From positions 17,083-81,082 of the forward strand of contig JBEQAC010000001.1 in the NCBI GenBank assembly GCA_041640535.1: a stretch of 64,000 bases of DNA. Reading direction: 5' to 3'. The position numbers and the translations under genes are program-made. Below, in pieces: positions 1-9,387 of the stretch. How positions within the stretch are numbered: position 1 is the stretch's first letter; each line of letters starts with the position of its first letter. The stretch is from Bacillaceae bacterium. Its GTDB lineage: Bacteria; Bacillota; Bacilli; Bacillales; Bacillaceae_L. Under the pieces are notes generated by a model. The model saw only the letters and a program-made list of their open reading frames with translations, had not been told where the DNA came from and searched no databases.

Positions 1-642
1 GATCAAGTCCCTTTGCTAAAAATTGACTCTTTACTATTTAACTACATTGAAAATGATTTAAATGAACTACCAGGACAGCTGTTAAAGGATGTATTCCAAA
101 AAGCTTACGTTCGTAAGAATCATGAAAGAATCCAGCTTGATTATTGTTTTGTTGTTACTGATGGACAAGGTATTTTAGCCGTAGACACAATCGGATACAA
201 TTTGCCAATTCGCAAGAGTAGATTGATTCCGAGACAAGAACAGCTAGTATATGATATGGTAAATGATCAGGAACATATTCATTATTCGTATGATATTAGC
301 AGTTCTAAGTCAAAAGAATATCATATCCTTTCTCCTTCTCCAGAAGAAATGGCCGGTCTAACAAGAAAAGAAAGACAGCTAAAACAGTTGTTACTCATGG
401 CATTAGACCAATTACAGTCTACAAAAAATGCTGCGGAAGTTAGGTATTGGTATACAGAATGGGATCCATTAAAATATGAAAATATTCAGAAAATGAATTT
501 TCATGAAGTATGGGAACATTTGTATAGTGAAGCAAGACATGGCTGGAGTCAAAAGCATGTGCAGCTTTGTGAAAATTTAATAAAGGGACAACCATTTTTT
601 GAAAAGCTGTGGGAAATGGAGCATGAACCTAAGGTAAATTAA
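1..642 (+). CDS. yjbA: YjbA family protein (DUF3603-like), 5'-truncated by the window edge
   Basis: Frame is open from position 1. Motifs [27 protein letters not shown] and GQPFFEKLW, and position convergent with trpS as in Bacillus. Confidence 0.85.
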   Translation, partial: DQVPLLKIDSLLFNYIENDLNELPGQLLKDVFQKAYVRKNHERIQLDYCFVVTDGQGILAVDTIGYNLPIRKSRLIPRQEQLVYDMVNDQEHIHYSYDISSSKSKEYHILSPSPEEMAGLTRKERQLKQLLLMALDQLQSTKNAAEVRYWYTEWDPLKYENIQKMNFHEVWEHLYSEARHGWSQKHVQLCENLIKGQPFFEKLWEMEHEPKVN

Positions 643-676
643 AAAGGGATGACGGTTTATCGTCATCCTTTTTTTG
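641..676. terminator. Bidirectional intrinsic terminator, yjbA/trpS
   Basis: AAAAAGGGATGACG-gtttat-CGTCATCCTTTTTTT hairpin with A and T tracts between convergent genes. Confidence 0.85.
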
Positions 677-684
677 TTTTTTTG

Positions 685-1698
<1,014 letters not shown>

Positions 1699-1741
1699 TT
1701 ATTTTTTAATCAATTCAATATAGTGAATTAATTTTACAAAC

Positions 1742-2012
1742 ACAAAAAAACCATTCATACCTAAATAAATATTAGGGACGAATGGTTACCGCGTTGCCAC
1801 CCTAGTTATTCCGAATGAACCGAAATCACTTTGCACCCAACTTTAATATAAAGAAAGTCGGGAACCTCTGTAACGTGAGGCTAACGTTCATATCTACTTC
1901 TTGTTCAATATGAATGCTTAAAAGTCCATTCCACATTTTCCTTTACTTGTTTTCACCAGCCACAAGCTCTCTATAAAAGGTGTTAATGTGTACTATTCTT
2001 TTTCCACGCATC
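1742..2012 (-). promoter_or_regulatory. T-box riboswitch, Trp specifier
   Basis: Minus strand: AGTA, AGAGA and GCTGGTGA stem I motifs; GAA-TGG with the UGG specifier at 1926-1928; T-box AGGGTGGCAACGCG at 1790-1803; terminator CCATTCG...GAATGG followed by T7. Confidence 0.95.
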
Positions 2013-2029
2013 TAGTAATATGTACCATT

Positions 2030-2058
2030 AGTATATAAAAAAAAGAAAAGGAATGCAA
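2030..2058 (-). promoter_or_regulatory. Sigma-A promoter of the trpS leader
   Basis: TTGCAT-N17-TATACT on the minus strand just upstream of the T-box. Confidence 0.75.
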
Positions 2059-2237
2059 ACATAGATAAACTTGATTTAAGTAATGGTTAAATTAGGCACG
2101 TGCGAATTGATTTGGAAAAACTAACAAAACAAGGATTCATTGTTTCAAATGATTACGATAAAACTATCTACAATATCTTCTTTAAATTAAACATTTACTA
2201 TACATTTTAAAAAATTTAGTAAAAGGGAGGTTATTCC

Positions 2238-3434
2238 ATGTGGAGAGTGAACATTGTTTGTCTAACGCTATTATTGTTGAGCGTGTCTTATCCATTTAAC
2301 ACTGGTAGCACTGAAACGAATTGGGATGTACAAACACATCCAAGAAAATCTGTTGAAATTCAAAAGAGAGATATTCCTGACGATTATATCCGGATATATG
2401 GCCAAAATAAAGTCAACTTTCAATACCCTGATGCGGTTAGAGGGATCTACGTAACAGGTCATTCTGCTGGGGGGAGTAAATTTTCTCAATTAATAAAACT
2501 GATTGAAAATAGTGACCTTAATTCAATGGTCATTGATATAAAAGATGATCACGGTTATTTAACATACAAACCAGAGCAGGGCTCAATTTATTCTCAAATT
2601 GGAAAAAACTATATACAGGACCCGACAAAATTAATAAATAATTTAGAGGAAAAAGGGATATATCCGATTGCCCGCGTCGTCGTTTTTAAAGATTCAGTAT
2701 TAGCAAATAAGCGTCCTGATCTTTCGTTTAAGGACGGGAAGAAAGTTTGGACAAATCGTAGAGGGGAGTCTTTTGTCAATCCCTTTGTAAAGGAAGTATG
2801 GGATTATAATGTTGGTGTCGCAATTGAAGCTGCTAAGATGGGTTTTCAAGAGATTCAATTTGATTATGTACGTTTCCCAGAAGGTTTTGAAAAAAAGGAT
2901 AAAAGCTTAGCTTATCAGCTTGGTGATTATGATATTGCAAAATTAAATAATACACAAAAACGCGTAGAAGCAGTGTCTGATTTTGTTGAATATGCTAAAA
3001 AACAATTAGAACCATACAACGTAAAAGTATCTGTCGACATTTTTGGATATACTGCTACCTTACCAGAGGCACCGGGTATAGGACAGAATTTTATGCGTAT
3101 ATCTGAAAATGTAGATGTGATTTCCTCGATGATCTACCCAAGCCATTGGACCTCCTATTTCGGTATAGCAATACCAGATTTGGAGCCATATCGTGTCATT
3201 AGCGAATATGCAAAGCTTGAGAATAATAAACTCAAGGCATTAGAAAATCCACCAGTCTCTAGACCATGGATTCAGGACTTTACTGCAAGTTGGCTTGGAA
3301 GAGGAAATTATAAGGTATATGGTAAGTCAGAAGTAGAAGCACAAATTAAAGCTTTGAATGATCAAGGAATCAAAGAATTTCTTATTTGGAATGCGGGAAA
3401 TAGTTATACACAAGGTGTAGATTATACCCCATAA
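2238..3434 (+). CDS. Secreted/membrane-anchored putative glycoside hydrolase (DUF4015-like)
   Basis: Hydrophobic N-terminus; VRGIYVT, MVIDIKDD, EIQFDYVRFPE, SVDIFG, SSMIYPSHW, RPWIQDF and WNAGN motifs; SD AAGGGAGG. Confidence 0.75.
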   Translation: MWRVNIVCLTLLLLSVSYPFNTGSTETNWDVQTHPRKSVEIQKRDIPDDYIRIYGQNKVNFQYPDAVRGIYVTGHSAGGSKFSQLIKLIENSDLNSMVIDIKDDHGYLTYKPEQGSIYSQIGKNYIQDPTKLINNLEEKGIYPIARVVVFKDSVLANKRPDLSFKDGKKVWTNRRGESFVNPFVKEVWDYNVGVAIEAAKMGFQEIQFDYVRFPEGFEKKDKSLAYQLGDYDIAKLNNTQKRVEAVSDFVEYAKKQLEPYNVKVSVDIFGYTATLPEAPGIGQNFMRISENVDVISSMIYPSHWTSYFGIAIPDLEPYRVISEYAKLENNKLKALENPPVSRPWIQDFTASWLGRGNYKVYGKSEVEAQIKALNDQGIKEFLIWNAGNSYTQGVDYTP

Positions 3435-3444
3435 GAAACCATAA

Positions 3445-3479
3445 AGAGACTCTCCGTTAAGAAATAACGAAGAGTCTCT
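3445..3479. terminator. Stem-loop between convergent genes
   Basis: AGAGACTCT-CCGTTA...TAACGA-AGAGTCTCT inverted repeat. Confidence 0.7.
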
Positions 3480-3488
3480 AGACGACTT

Positions 3489-3671
3489 CTATTTTTTACC
3501 ACCGACGCTTTTCCATCCACTTTGCATGTTATTCGATTTATCTACAAAGAGTGATTTTGATTTACCACCTAAAAGTGTGATTCCAACCACATTTGAAATA
3601 ATCCCCATGATCGCTGTGATACCGATTACAAGAATTCCAACTATAGTGAAATCCATGATGTAATTGAACAT
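3489..3671 (-). CDS. Small single-pass membrane protein
   Basis: SD GGGAGG then ATG 3671 (MFNYIMDF...). One long hydrophobic helix and a basic C-terminus. Confidence 0.7.
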   Translation of the reverse strand: MFNYIMDFTIVGILVIGITAIMGIISNVVGITLLGGKSKSLFVDKSNNMQSGWKSVGGKK

Positions 3672-3780
3672 CTGTTTCCCTCCCATTAGAAACCTACTAT
3701 ATATTTATTTTAAGTTAAAATCATCCTTATTAAAAGAGAAAACTGCTAATTTGGTTAAGAACTTGTCTGATTATTATCAA

Positions 3781-3977
3781 GGCTGTTTTCTAAAAGATTG
3801 ATGTTTAGATAGGGCAGGTTGATTGGAACGGAAGGTGTGTGACTCCTGCGGGATCTGCAGGAAGGATGAGACCCCGCAGGCACGAGGAGGCTCATCACCT
3901 GCCCCGCGGAAAGCACACACCTGGAGTGCAAATCAACTAACCTTAGTTAAATAGTAACAAATTTTACGAAAAGAGCC
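3781..3977. mobile_element. MITE-like non-autonomous element, copy 1
   Basis: Imperfect terminal IRs GGCTGTTTTC.../...GAAAAGAGCC. Flanked by an exact 8-bp direct repeat ATTATCAA (3773-3780 and 3978-3985). The 119-bp core is nearly identical to copy 2. Confidence 0.85.
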
Positions 3978-4218
3978 ATTATCAAAGACGAGGTACTATT
4001 TGAGAAAATTGTCGTACTATTTTTGTATAACTTTTATAGTAATTTTATAAATCCTATATCTTTCTATACCTATTTGTTGTATAATAATCAAGAGAAATTA
4101 CTTATTTAAATTAATTTTAATTTAAGTATAATGCACAACAACAGAAGTTCATAAACAGGGGTTAGAATTTTTTTTCTAGCTTATCCTATATATATTTTAC
4201 TTGAAGGAGTGATAAATC

Positions 4219-4614
4219 ATGGTTACTCTTTACACATCACCCAGCTGTACGTCATGTAGAAAAGCAAAATCATGGCTAGAGGAACATAATATTTCTTATG
4301 TGGAAAGAAATATATTTTCAGAATCTTTGTCTATTGAGGAGATAAAAGAAATTCTTCGTATGACAGAAGATGGCACAGATGAAATTATTTCAACTCGTTC
4401 AAAAATCTTTCAAAAGCTGAACATAAATCTTGAATCTATGCCATTACAGGATTTATATGAACTAATTCAAAAAAATCCTGGTTTACTTAGACGTCCAATT
4501 ATTATTGATGAAAAGAGATTACAGGTTGGTTATAACGAGGATGAAATTCGTCGTTTCTTACCTAGAAAAGTTCGCACATTCCAATTACGCGAAGCACAAC
4601 GTTTAGTTAATTAG
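4219..4614 (+). CDS. spxA: Transcriptional regulator Spx
   Basis: [16 protein letters not shown] (CxxC), [37 protein letters not shown]. Confidence 0.98.
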   Translation: MVTLYTSPSCTSCRKAKSWLEEHNISYVERNIFSESLSIEEIKEILRMTEDGTDEIISTRSKIFQKLNINLESMPLQDLYELIQKNPGLLRRPIIIDEKRLQVGYNEDEIRRFLPRKVRTFQLREAQRLVN

Positions 4615-4615
4615 T

Positions 4616-4656
4616 AAAAAACTTCTAAATACAGTCATGTATTTAGAAGTTTTTTT
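4616..4656. terminator. Bidirectional terminator, spxA/yjbE
   Basis: AAAAAACTTCTAAATACA-gtca-TGTATTTAGAAGTTTTTT perfect hairpin. Confidence 0.9.
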
Positions 4657-4657
4657 G

Positions 4658-5329
4658 TTAGTGCTTATAAGCTAATTTATATTTATTGGTGAGATAACCG
4701 ATTAAGATTACGACAATAATAACAATGAATGGAAAAACCTCGCTAATTGGTTTAAATTGTTCATAGAGATAGTCCAATTTTTTTTCGTGCACCATCATTT
4801 TTCCAGCCGTGTATGCCAATATTGCAGCACCAACATAAACGAAAATCGGAAATCGCTCCATTATGTATAAAATCAATTTGCTTCCCCAAATAATGATTGG
4901 GATTGAGATGATAAGCCCTAGTATGACTAAATGAATTCTTCCGTGTGCAGCACCTGCTACTGCAATGACATTATCAAGCCCCATGACAAGATCAGCAATT
5001 ACAATCGTTTTGACTGCGGTACTTAAACTTACTCCTCCTTTAATTCTAGATTTGTCATCATCATGATCCGTTAATAATTTATATGCGATTAATAATAGAA
5101 AGCATCCACCAACAAATTGGAGAAATGGGATTTTTAAAAGAAATACCGCTAACACTGTGCATAAAATCCTTAAAACAATTGCTAGCATGGTTCCTAAAAC
5201 AATCGCTTTATTCCTCTGTTTTTCAGGGAGGTTTCTACAAGCAAGTGCAATCACGATGGCATTATCTCCACCAAGTACAATATCAATTCCGATAATAATA
5301 AGAATAGCTGTTATTAATTCTATATCCAC
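4658..5329 (-). CDS. yjbE: TerC family integral membrane protein (YjbE)
   Basis: DIVLGGDNAIVIALA and ADLVMGLDNVIAVAGAA TerC motifs; multiple TM helices; located between spx and mecA. Confidence 0.9.
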   Translation of the reverse strand: MDIELITAILIIIGIDIVLGGDNAIVIALACRNLPEKQRNKAIVLGTMLAIVLRILCTVLAVFLLKIPFLQFVGGCFLLLIAYKLLTDHDDDKSRIKGGVSLSTAVKTIVIADLVMGLDNVIAVAGAAHGRIHLVILGLIISIPIIIWGSKLILYIMERFPIFVYVGAAILAYTAGKMMVHEKKLDYLYEQFKPISEVFPFIVIIVVILIGYLTNKYKLAYKH

Positions 5330-5685
5330 AATTTTTCCTCCCTTTAGTTCTCCTTATATATATATATAGGAGTAGGTGGACAAAGATATGACAATTGGAA
5401 AATGTTTAGTGGCCTTATTTCTTTCATTAAAATAGGCAATATATTATAATATATAAAAAAACAAGAATGAATTATCGGGACAAATGATTGTTTTTTATAA
5501 ATATTGTTAAATTCATTTCCATTCTCAATTTGTTTGACATAAAATAGAGTACAAGATCATTCTGTTAATTTTCATAAAAAAATTTAAACGGGTGGTCTAT
5601 CTAACATCTTTTTTGGGTATGGTGAAAAGAGCAGCTGCTCGGGGGTAATGGTCCCTTCAAAATTGAGCTAGAAGGGAGAGACTAA

Positions 5686-6357
5686 GTGATGGAGATTGAA
5701 CGCATTAACGAACATACAGTAAAGTTCTATATCTCATATATTGATATAGAGGAACGTGGTTTTGATCGGGATGAGATTTGGTATAATCGTGAACGGAGTG
5801 AAGAACTTTTCTGGGAAATGATGGATGAAGTTCACCAAGAAGAGGAATTCATGGTTGAGGGACCTTTATGGATACAAATTCAAGCACTTGAAAAAGGACT
5901 TGAGGTTCTAGTCACTCGTGCTCAAATTTCTAAAGAAGGTCATAAATATGAATTACCTGGGGACGATAAATTTCCTGTGGATGAAAAAATCGAATCATTA
6001 TTAGACCAACAATTTAATGATAAGGTTGGAAATGACGATACGTTAGATGGATTAGAAGAGGAAACTTTTCAGTTTTTAATTAAATTTCAGGATTTCGAAG
6101 ATGTTATTTCCTTGTCACATCGAACAACGTTACCAAGTTTAGTTAATAGTCTGTATTCTTTTGAAGGAAAATACTTTCTATATATAGAATTCAACGAAGA
6201 TAATCACACAGAAGAAGAACTTGAGAATATGTTAAGCATTGTACTTGAATATGGGCAAGAATCTGTAACTACGATTCACAGGCTTATCGAGTATGGAAAA
6301 GAGATAATTAAAGAACATGCACTTGAGGAAATCAGCAAGCATTTCTCTCAAAAATAA
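5686..6357 (+). CDS. mecA: ClpC adaptor protein MecA
   Basis: MEIERINEHTVKFYISYIDIEERGF, GPLWIQ, FEDVISL and EYG motifs. Confidence 0.97.
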   Translation: MMEIERINEHTVKFYISYIDIEERGFDRDEIWYNRERSEELFWEMMDEVHQEEEFMVEGPLWIQIQALEKGLEVLVTRAQISKEGHKYELPGDDKFPVDEKIESLLDQQFNDKVGNDDTLDGLEEETFQFLIKFQDFEDVISLSHRTTLPSLVNSLYSFEGKYFLYIEFNEDNHTEEELENMLSIVLEYGQESVTTIHRLIEYGKEIIKEHALEEISKHFSQK

Positions 6358-6392
6358 AGACCGATTTCATTCGTTTGAAATCGGCCTTTTTT
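6358..6392 (+). terminator. Intrinsic terminator after mecA
   Basis: CCGATTTCA-ttcgtt-TGAAATCGG followed by CCTTTTTT. Confidence 0.8.
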
Positions 6393-6443
6393 CCTAATAA
6401 GAAATATATGCTGTGAGCCGTAATGGCTGGAGAAGGTGAGTCA

Positions 6444-7955
6444 TTGAAAAATACACTACAAGTTTTACTATTTATGATTACCCTGTCATTACTTCTATAT
6501 TTTACTAAAATATACTGGGAAGGTTGGCTACTAGGACTCCTAAGTATATTGATCACACTCTCTGTTATTTTTATCAGTTTTGTTATATTCCTAGAAAATC
6601 GGAGACCAACACAAACGATTACCTGGCTTGTAGTATTAGGGAGCTTTCCTTTACTTGGCTTTTTTTTCTATCTGTTATTTGGGAGAAACTACCGGAAAAA
6701 GAGATTGTTTCGTGAAAAGGCATTGTTGGATGAACAAACATTCAAACAGTTTGAAGGTAATAGAGGAGATATTGAAGATAAAATTGAACAAATGGGAGAC
6801 CATCAACAGCTTCTCTTCAAGTTGGCACATAACCTTGCCAAAAGCCCCATTTCTTTTGCATCTGAAACAAAGGTTTTAACGAATGGAGATGAAACATTCT
6901 CTACTATTTTTCAAGCATTGGAAAATGCCAATCATCATATCCACTTAGAATATTACATTGTGAGGCATGATGATGTTGGACAAAGACTGAAGCAAATACT
7001 TATTGAGCGAGCCAAACATGGTGTACAAGTACGTTTTCTATATGATGCAGTTGGAAGTTGGAGATTATCAAAGAAATATATCCGTGAGCTTCTGGATGCA
7101 GGAGTTGAAATGGTCCCTTTTTCTCCTGTAAAACTTCCCTTTTTAAATAATAAGATTAACTTTAGAAATCATCGAAAAATTATTGTGATTGATGGTTCGG
7201 TTGGTTTTGTTGGAGGATTAAATATTGGAGATGAATACTTAGGAAAAAGTGAGTATTTTGGATTTTGGAGAGATACGCATTTACTTGTTAGAGGCGAGGC
7301 TGTTCGAACATTGCAGCTTATCTTTATTCAAGATTGGAATTATATGACAGGGGAAACCTACTTATCACAAAGCTATTTATCTCCACAATTGCTGGAAGGG
7401 GAAAATTTCGGTGGAGTTCAAATGATAGCTGGTGGACCTGATAATGAATGGGAGATTATAAAAAACTTGTTTTTTTCGATGATTATTTCAGCTAAAGAAT
7501 CAATTTGGATATCCTCTCCCTATTTTATCCCGGATGAAGATATATTATCGGCATTAAAAATTGCTGCTTTAAGTGGGATTGATGTTCGTATATTAGTTCC
7601 TCATCGACCAGATAAAAAAATTGTGTTCTATGCGTCCCGCTCCTATTTTCCAATACTATTAGAAGCTGGTGTAAATATTTACGAATATGAAAAAGGGTTT
7701 ATGCATAGTAAAATTATCATTGTTGATGGTGAGTTGGCTTCAATTGGAACAGCAAATATGGATATGAGAAGCTTTCATTTAAACTTTGAAATAAATGCGT
7801 TTTTATATAAAACAAGTAGTACAACCACTCTAGTGAATGATTTTATAGAAGATATTCAGCATTCAAAAAAAATTAATCTTGAAGAGTATAGCAAACGATC
7901 AATCTTACAGAGATTATTTGAATCGTTATGCAGATTACTCTCACCATTACTCTAA
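6444..7955 (+). CDS. cls: Cardiolipin synthase
   Basis: Two PLD HKD motifs (HRKIIVIDG, HSKIIIVDG) and N-terminal TM helices. Likely TTG start at 6444 after SD AAGGTGA. Confidence 0.95.
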   Translation: MKNTLQVLLFMITLSLLLYFTKIYWEGWLLGLLSILITLSVIFISFVIFLENRRPTQTITWLVVLGSFPLLGFFFYLLFGRNYRKKRLFREKALLDEQTFKQFEGNRGDIEDKIEQMGDHQQLLFKLAHNLAKSPISFASETKVLTNGDETFSTIFQALENANHHIHLEYYIVRHDDVGQRLKQILIERAKHGVQVRFLYDAVGSWRLSKKYIRELLDAGVEMVPFSPVKLPFLNNKINFRNHRKIIVIDGSVGFVGGLNIGDEYLGKSEYFGFWRDTHLLVRGEAVRTLQLIFIQDWNYMTGETYLSQSYLSPQLLEGENFGGVQMIAGGPDNEWEIIKNLFFSMIISAKESIWISSPYFIPDEDILSALKIAALSGIDVRILVPHRPDKKIVFYASRSYFPILLEAGVNIYEYEKGFMHSKIIIVDGELASIGTANMDMRSFHLNFEINAFLYKTSSTTTLVNDFIEDIQHSKKINLEEYSKRSILQRLFESLCRLLSPLL

Positions 7956-7983
7956 GTACTTATTTAATTAAGTACTTTTTTTT
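7954..7983 (+). terminator. Terminator after cls
   Basis: AAGTACTTA-tttaat-TAAGTACTT followed by a T run. Confidence 0.65.
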
Positions 7984-8043
7984 GCAGGAAAATAGAAGAA
8001 GAATGTCGAAATTACGAGAATCAAACATAGAGGAGTGATTATT

Positions 8044-9243
8044 ATTCTAGTTGCTTTAAGAGAAAATGGTTCATATATATCCATTATGGATTACGATTTG
8101 AATCGTAATAAATTACGACAATTAAGACACCTTGAACAATTCTACTGTCCAGTCTGTAAAGAACATGTTCAGTTAAAAATTGGTGAAAAGAGAATCTCCC
8201 ATTTCGCTCATGTGCGAGATACACGTTGCTCTCAATTATTCGAAGCAGAGACACAAGAACATCTAAATGGAAAAATACAATTATTTGAGTGGCTAAAAAA
8301 ATACTATCCATTTACAACCTTGGAGTCGCATATAAAGGAAATATCACAAAGGCCAGATATTTTAGTCAATCATAACGGAAAACAGTACGCAATTGAATTT
8401 CAATGTTCACAAATTCCAACTTCTCTTTTTACTAAAAGAACAAACGCTTATAAGAATGTAAATATTGAACCAATCTGGGTTCTACATGAAAAATGGTTAA
8501 AAAAAGATTCCCAAATTACAATGAAGATGTCCCCATTTCAATGGCAATTCGTTACACAAACTAATCAAACAGACTCAAAAATTATTTACTATAATCCAGC
8601 TATAATGACTTTCTTCATTTCTTCGCCTATTCTCCCTTTTTCTCCTACTCATGTGATGAGTAGTTTTGAAAGATCTCCACTTATTGACTCAAACCCTCAA
8701 TTACTAATAACAAGTTCCATATCCACTCTCCCTTTAAGTGATTATAAAGACAAATGGCTAGTTTATAAAAGGCGATTAAGAATGAACTTATCTTATTATT
8801 CATATAAAAATGAATACGCCTTATTGAAAGCTTTATATGAATTAAGAATTGCACCTTCACTCATCCCCGCAGAGGTGGGAATTCCGGTTCCTTCGATGAT
8901 TTGGATACAAACCCAAGTATGTTTTTGGCAGCTGTGGATTTTAATCGATGGGTTGCTAAGGATGAAAATAGGAGAAAGTATAACCTTCAACCAAGTGTAT
9001 AATCGATTTTCAAAACGGGTAAAAAATAGGGCAATTTTATTAAGATCATTTCCCCTTATTACAACAACCTCTCATCCATCATTTGCGATAATGGAGTATC
9101 TATTACAATTATCGGACCTTGGTATTTTAAAACGAACTGGAAAATCCTCATTTAAAAAAGTAAAAGAATTTAGGATCCCCTCAAATGATGTAGAAGCAGA
9201 AATCTTTGACCGACAAATCCTTTTTAGCCTTTGCAATGAATAA
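8044..9243 (+). CDS. coiA: Competence protein CoiA
   Basis: FYCPVC...HFAH Zn motif; ETQEHLNGK; QRPDI and AIEFQCS (PD-(D/E)xK-like); upstream of pepF. The track's GTG 8035 lies inside the SD, so the start may be ATT 8044. Confidence 0.9.
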   Translation: MLVALRENGSYISIMDYDLNRNKLRQLRHLEQFYCPVCKEHVQLKIGEKRISHFAHVRDTRCSQLFEAETQEHLNGKIQLFEWLKKYYPFTTLESHIKEISQRPDILVNHNGKQYAIEFQCSQIPTSLFTKRTNAYKNVNIEPIWVLHEKWLKKDSQITMKMSPFQWQFVTQTNQTDSKIIYYNPAIMTFFISSPILPFSPTHVMSSFERSPLIDSNPQLLITSSISTLPLSDYKDKWLVYKRRLRMNLSYYSYKNEYALLKALYELRIAPSLIPAEVGIPVPSMIWIQTQVCFWQLWILIDGLLRMKIGESITFNQVYNRFSKRVKNRAILLRSFPLITTTSHPSFAIMEYLLQLSDLGILKRTGKSSFKKVKEFRIPSNDVEAEIFDRQILFSLCNE

Positions 9244-9387
9244 GGGATTGAAAAAGAGTAAAACTGAATTAGAAGAAACATAAGTGTACTGCATTTTTTT
9301 AGTAAAATTAGGAATTTAAAGTTATAATATAGAATAGAATCGTTATAGCTTATTTTGGCTTGAATTATAATCTTAGGGGGTAATACG

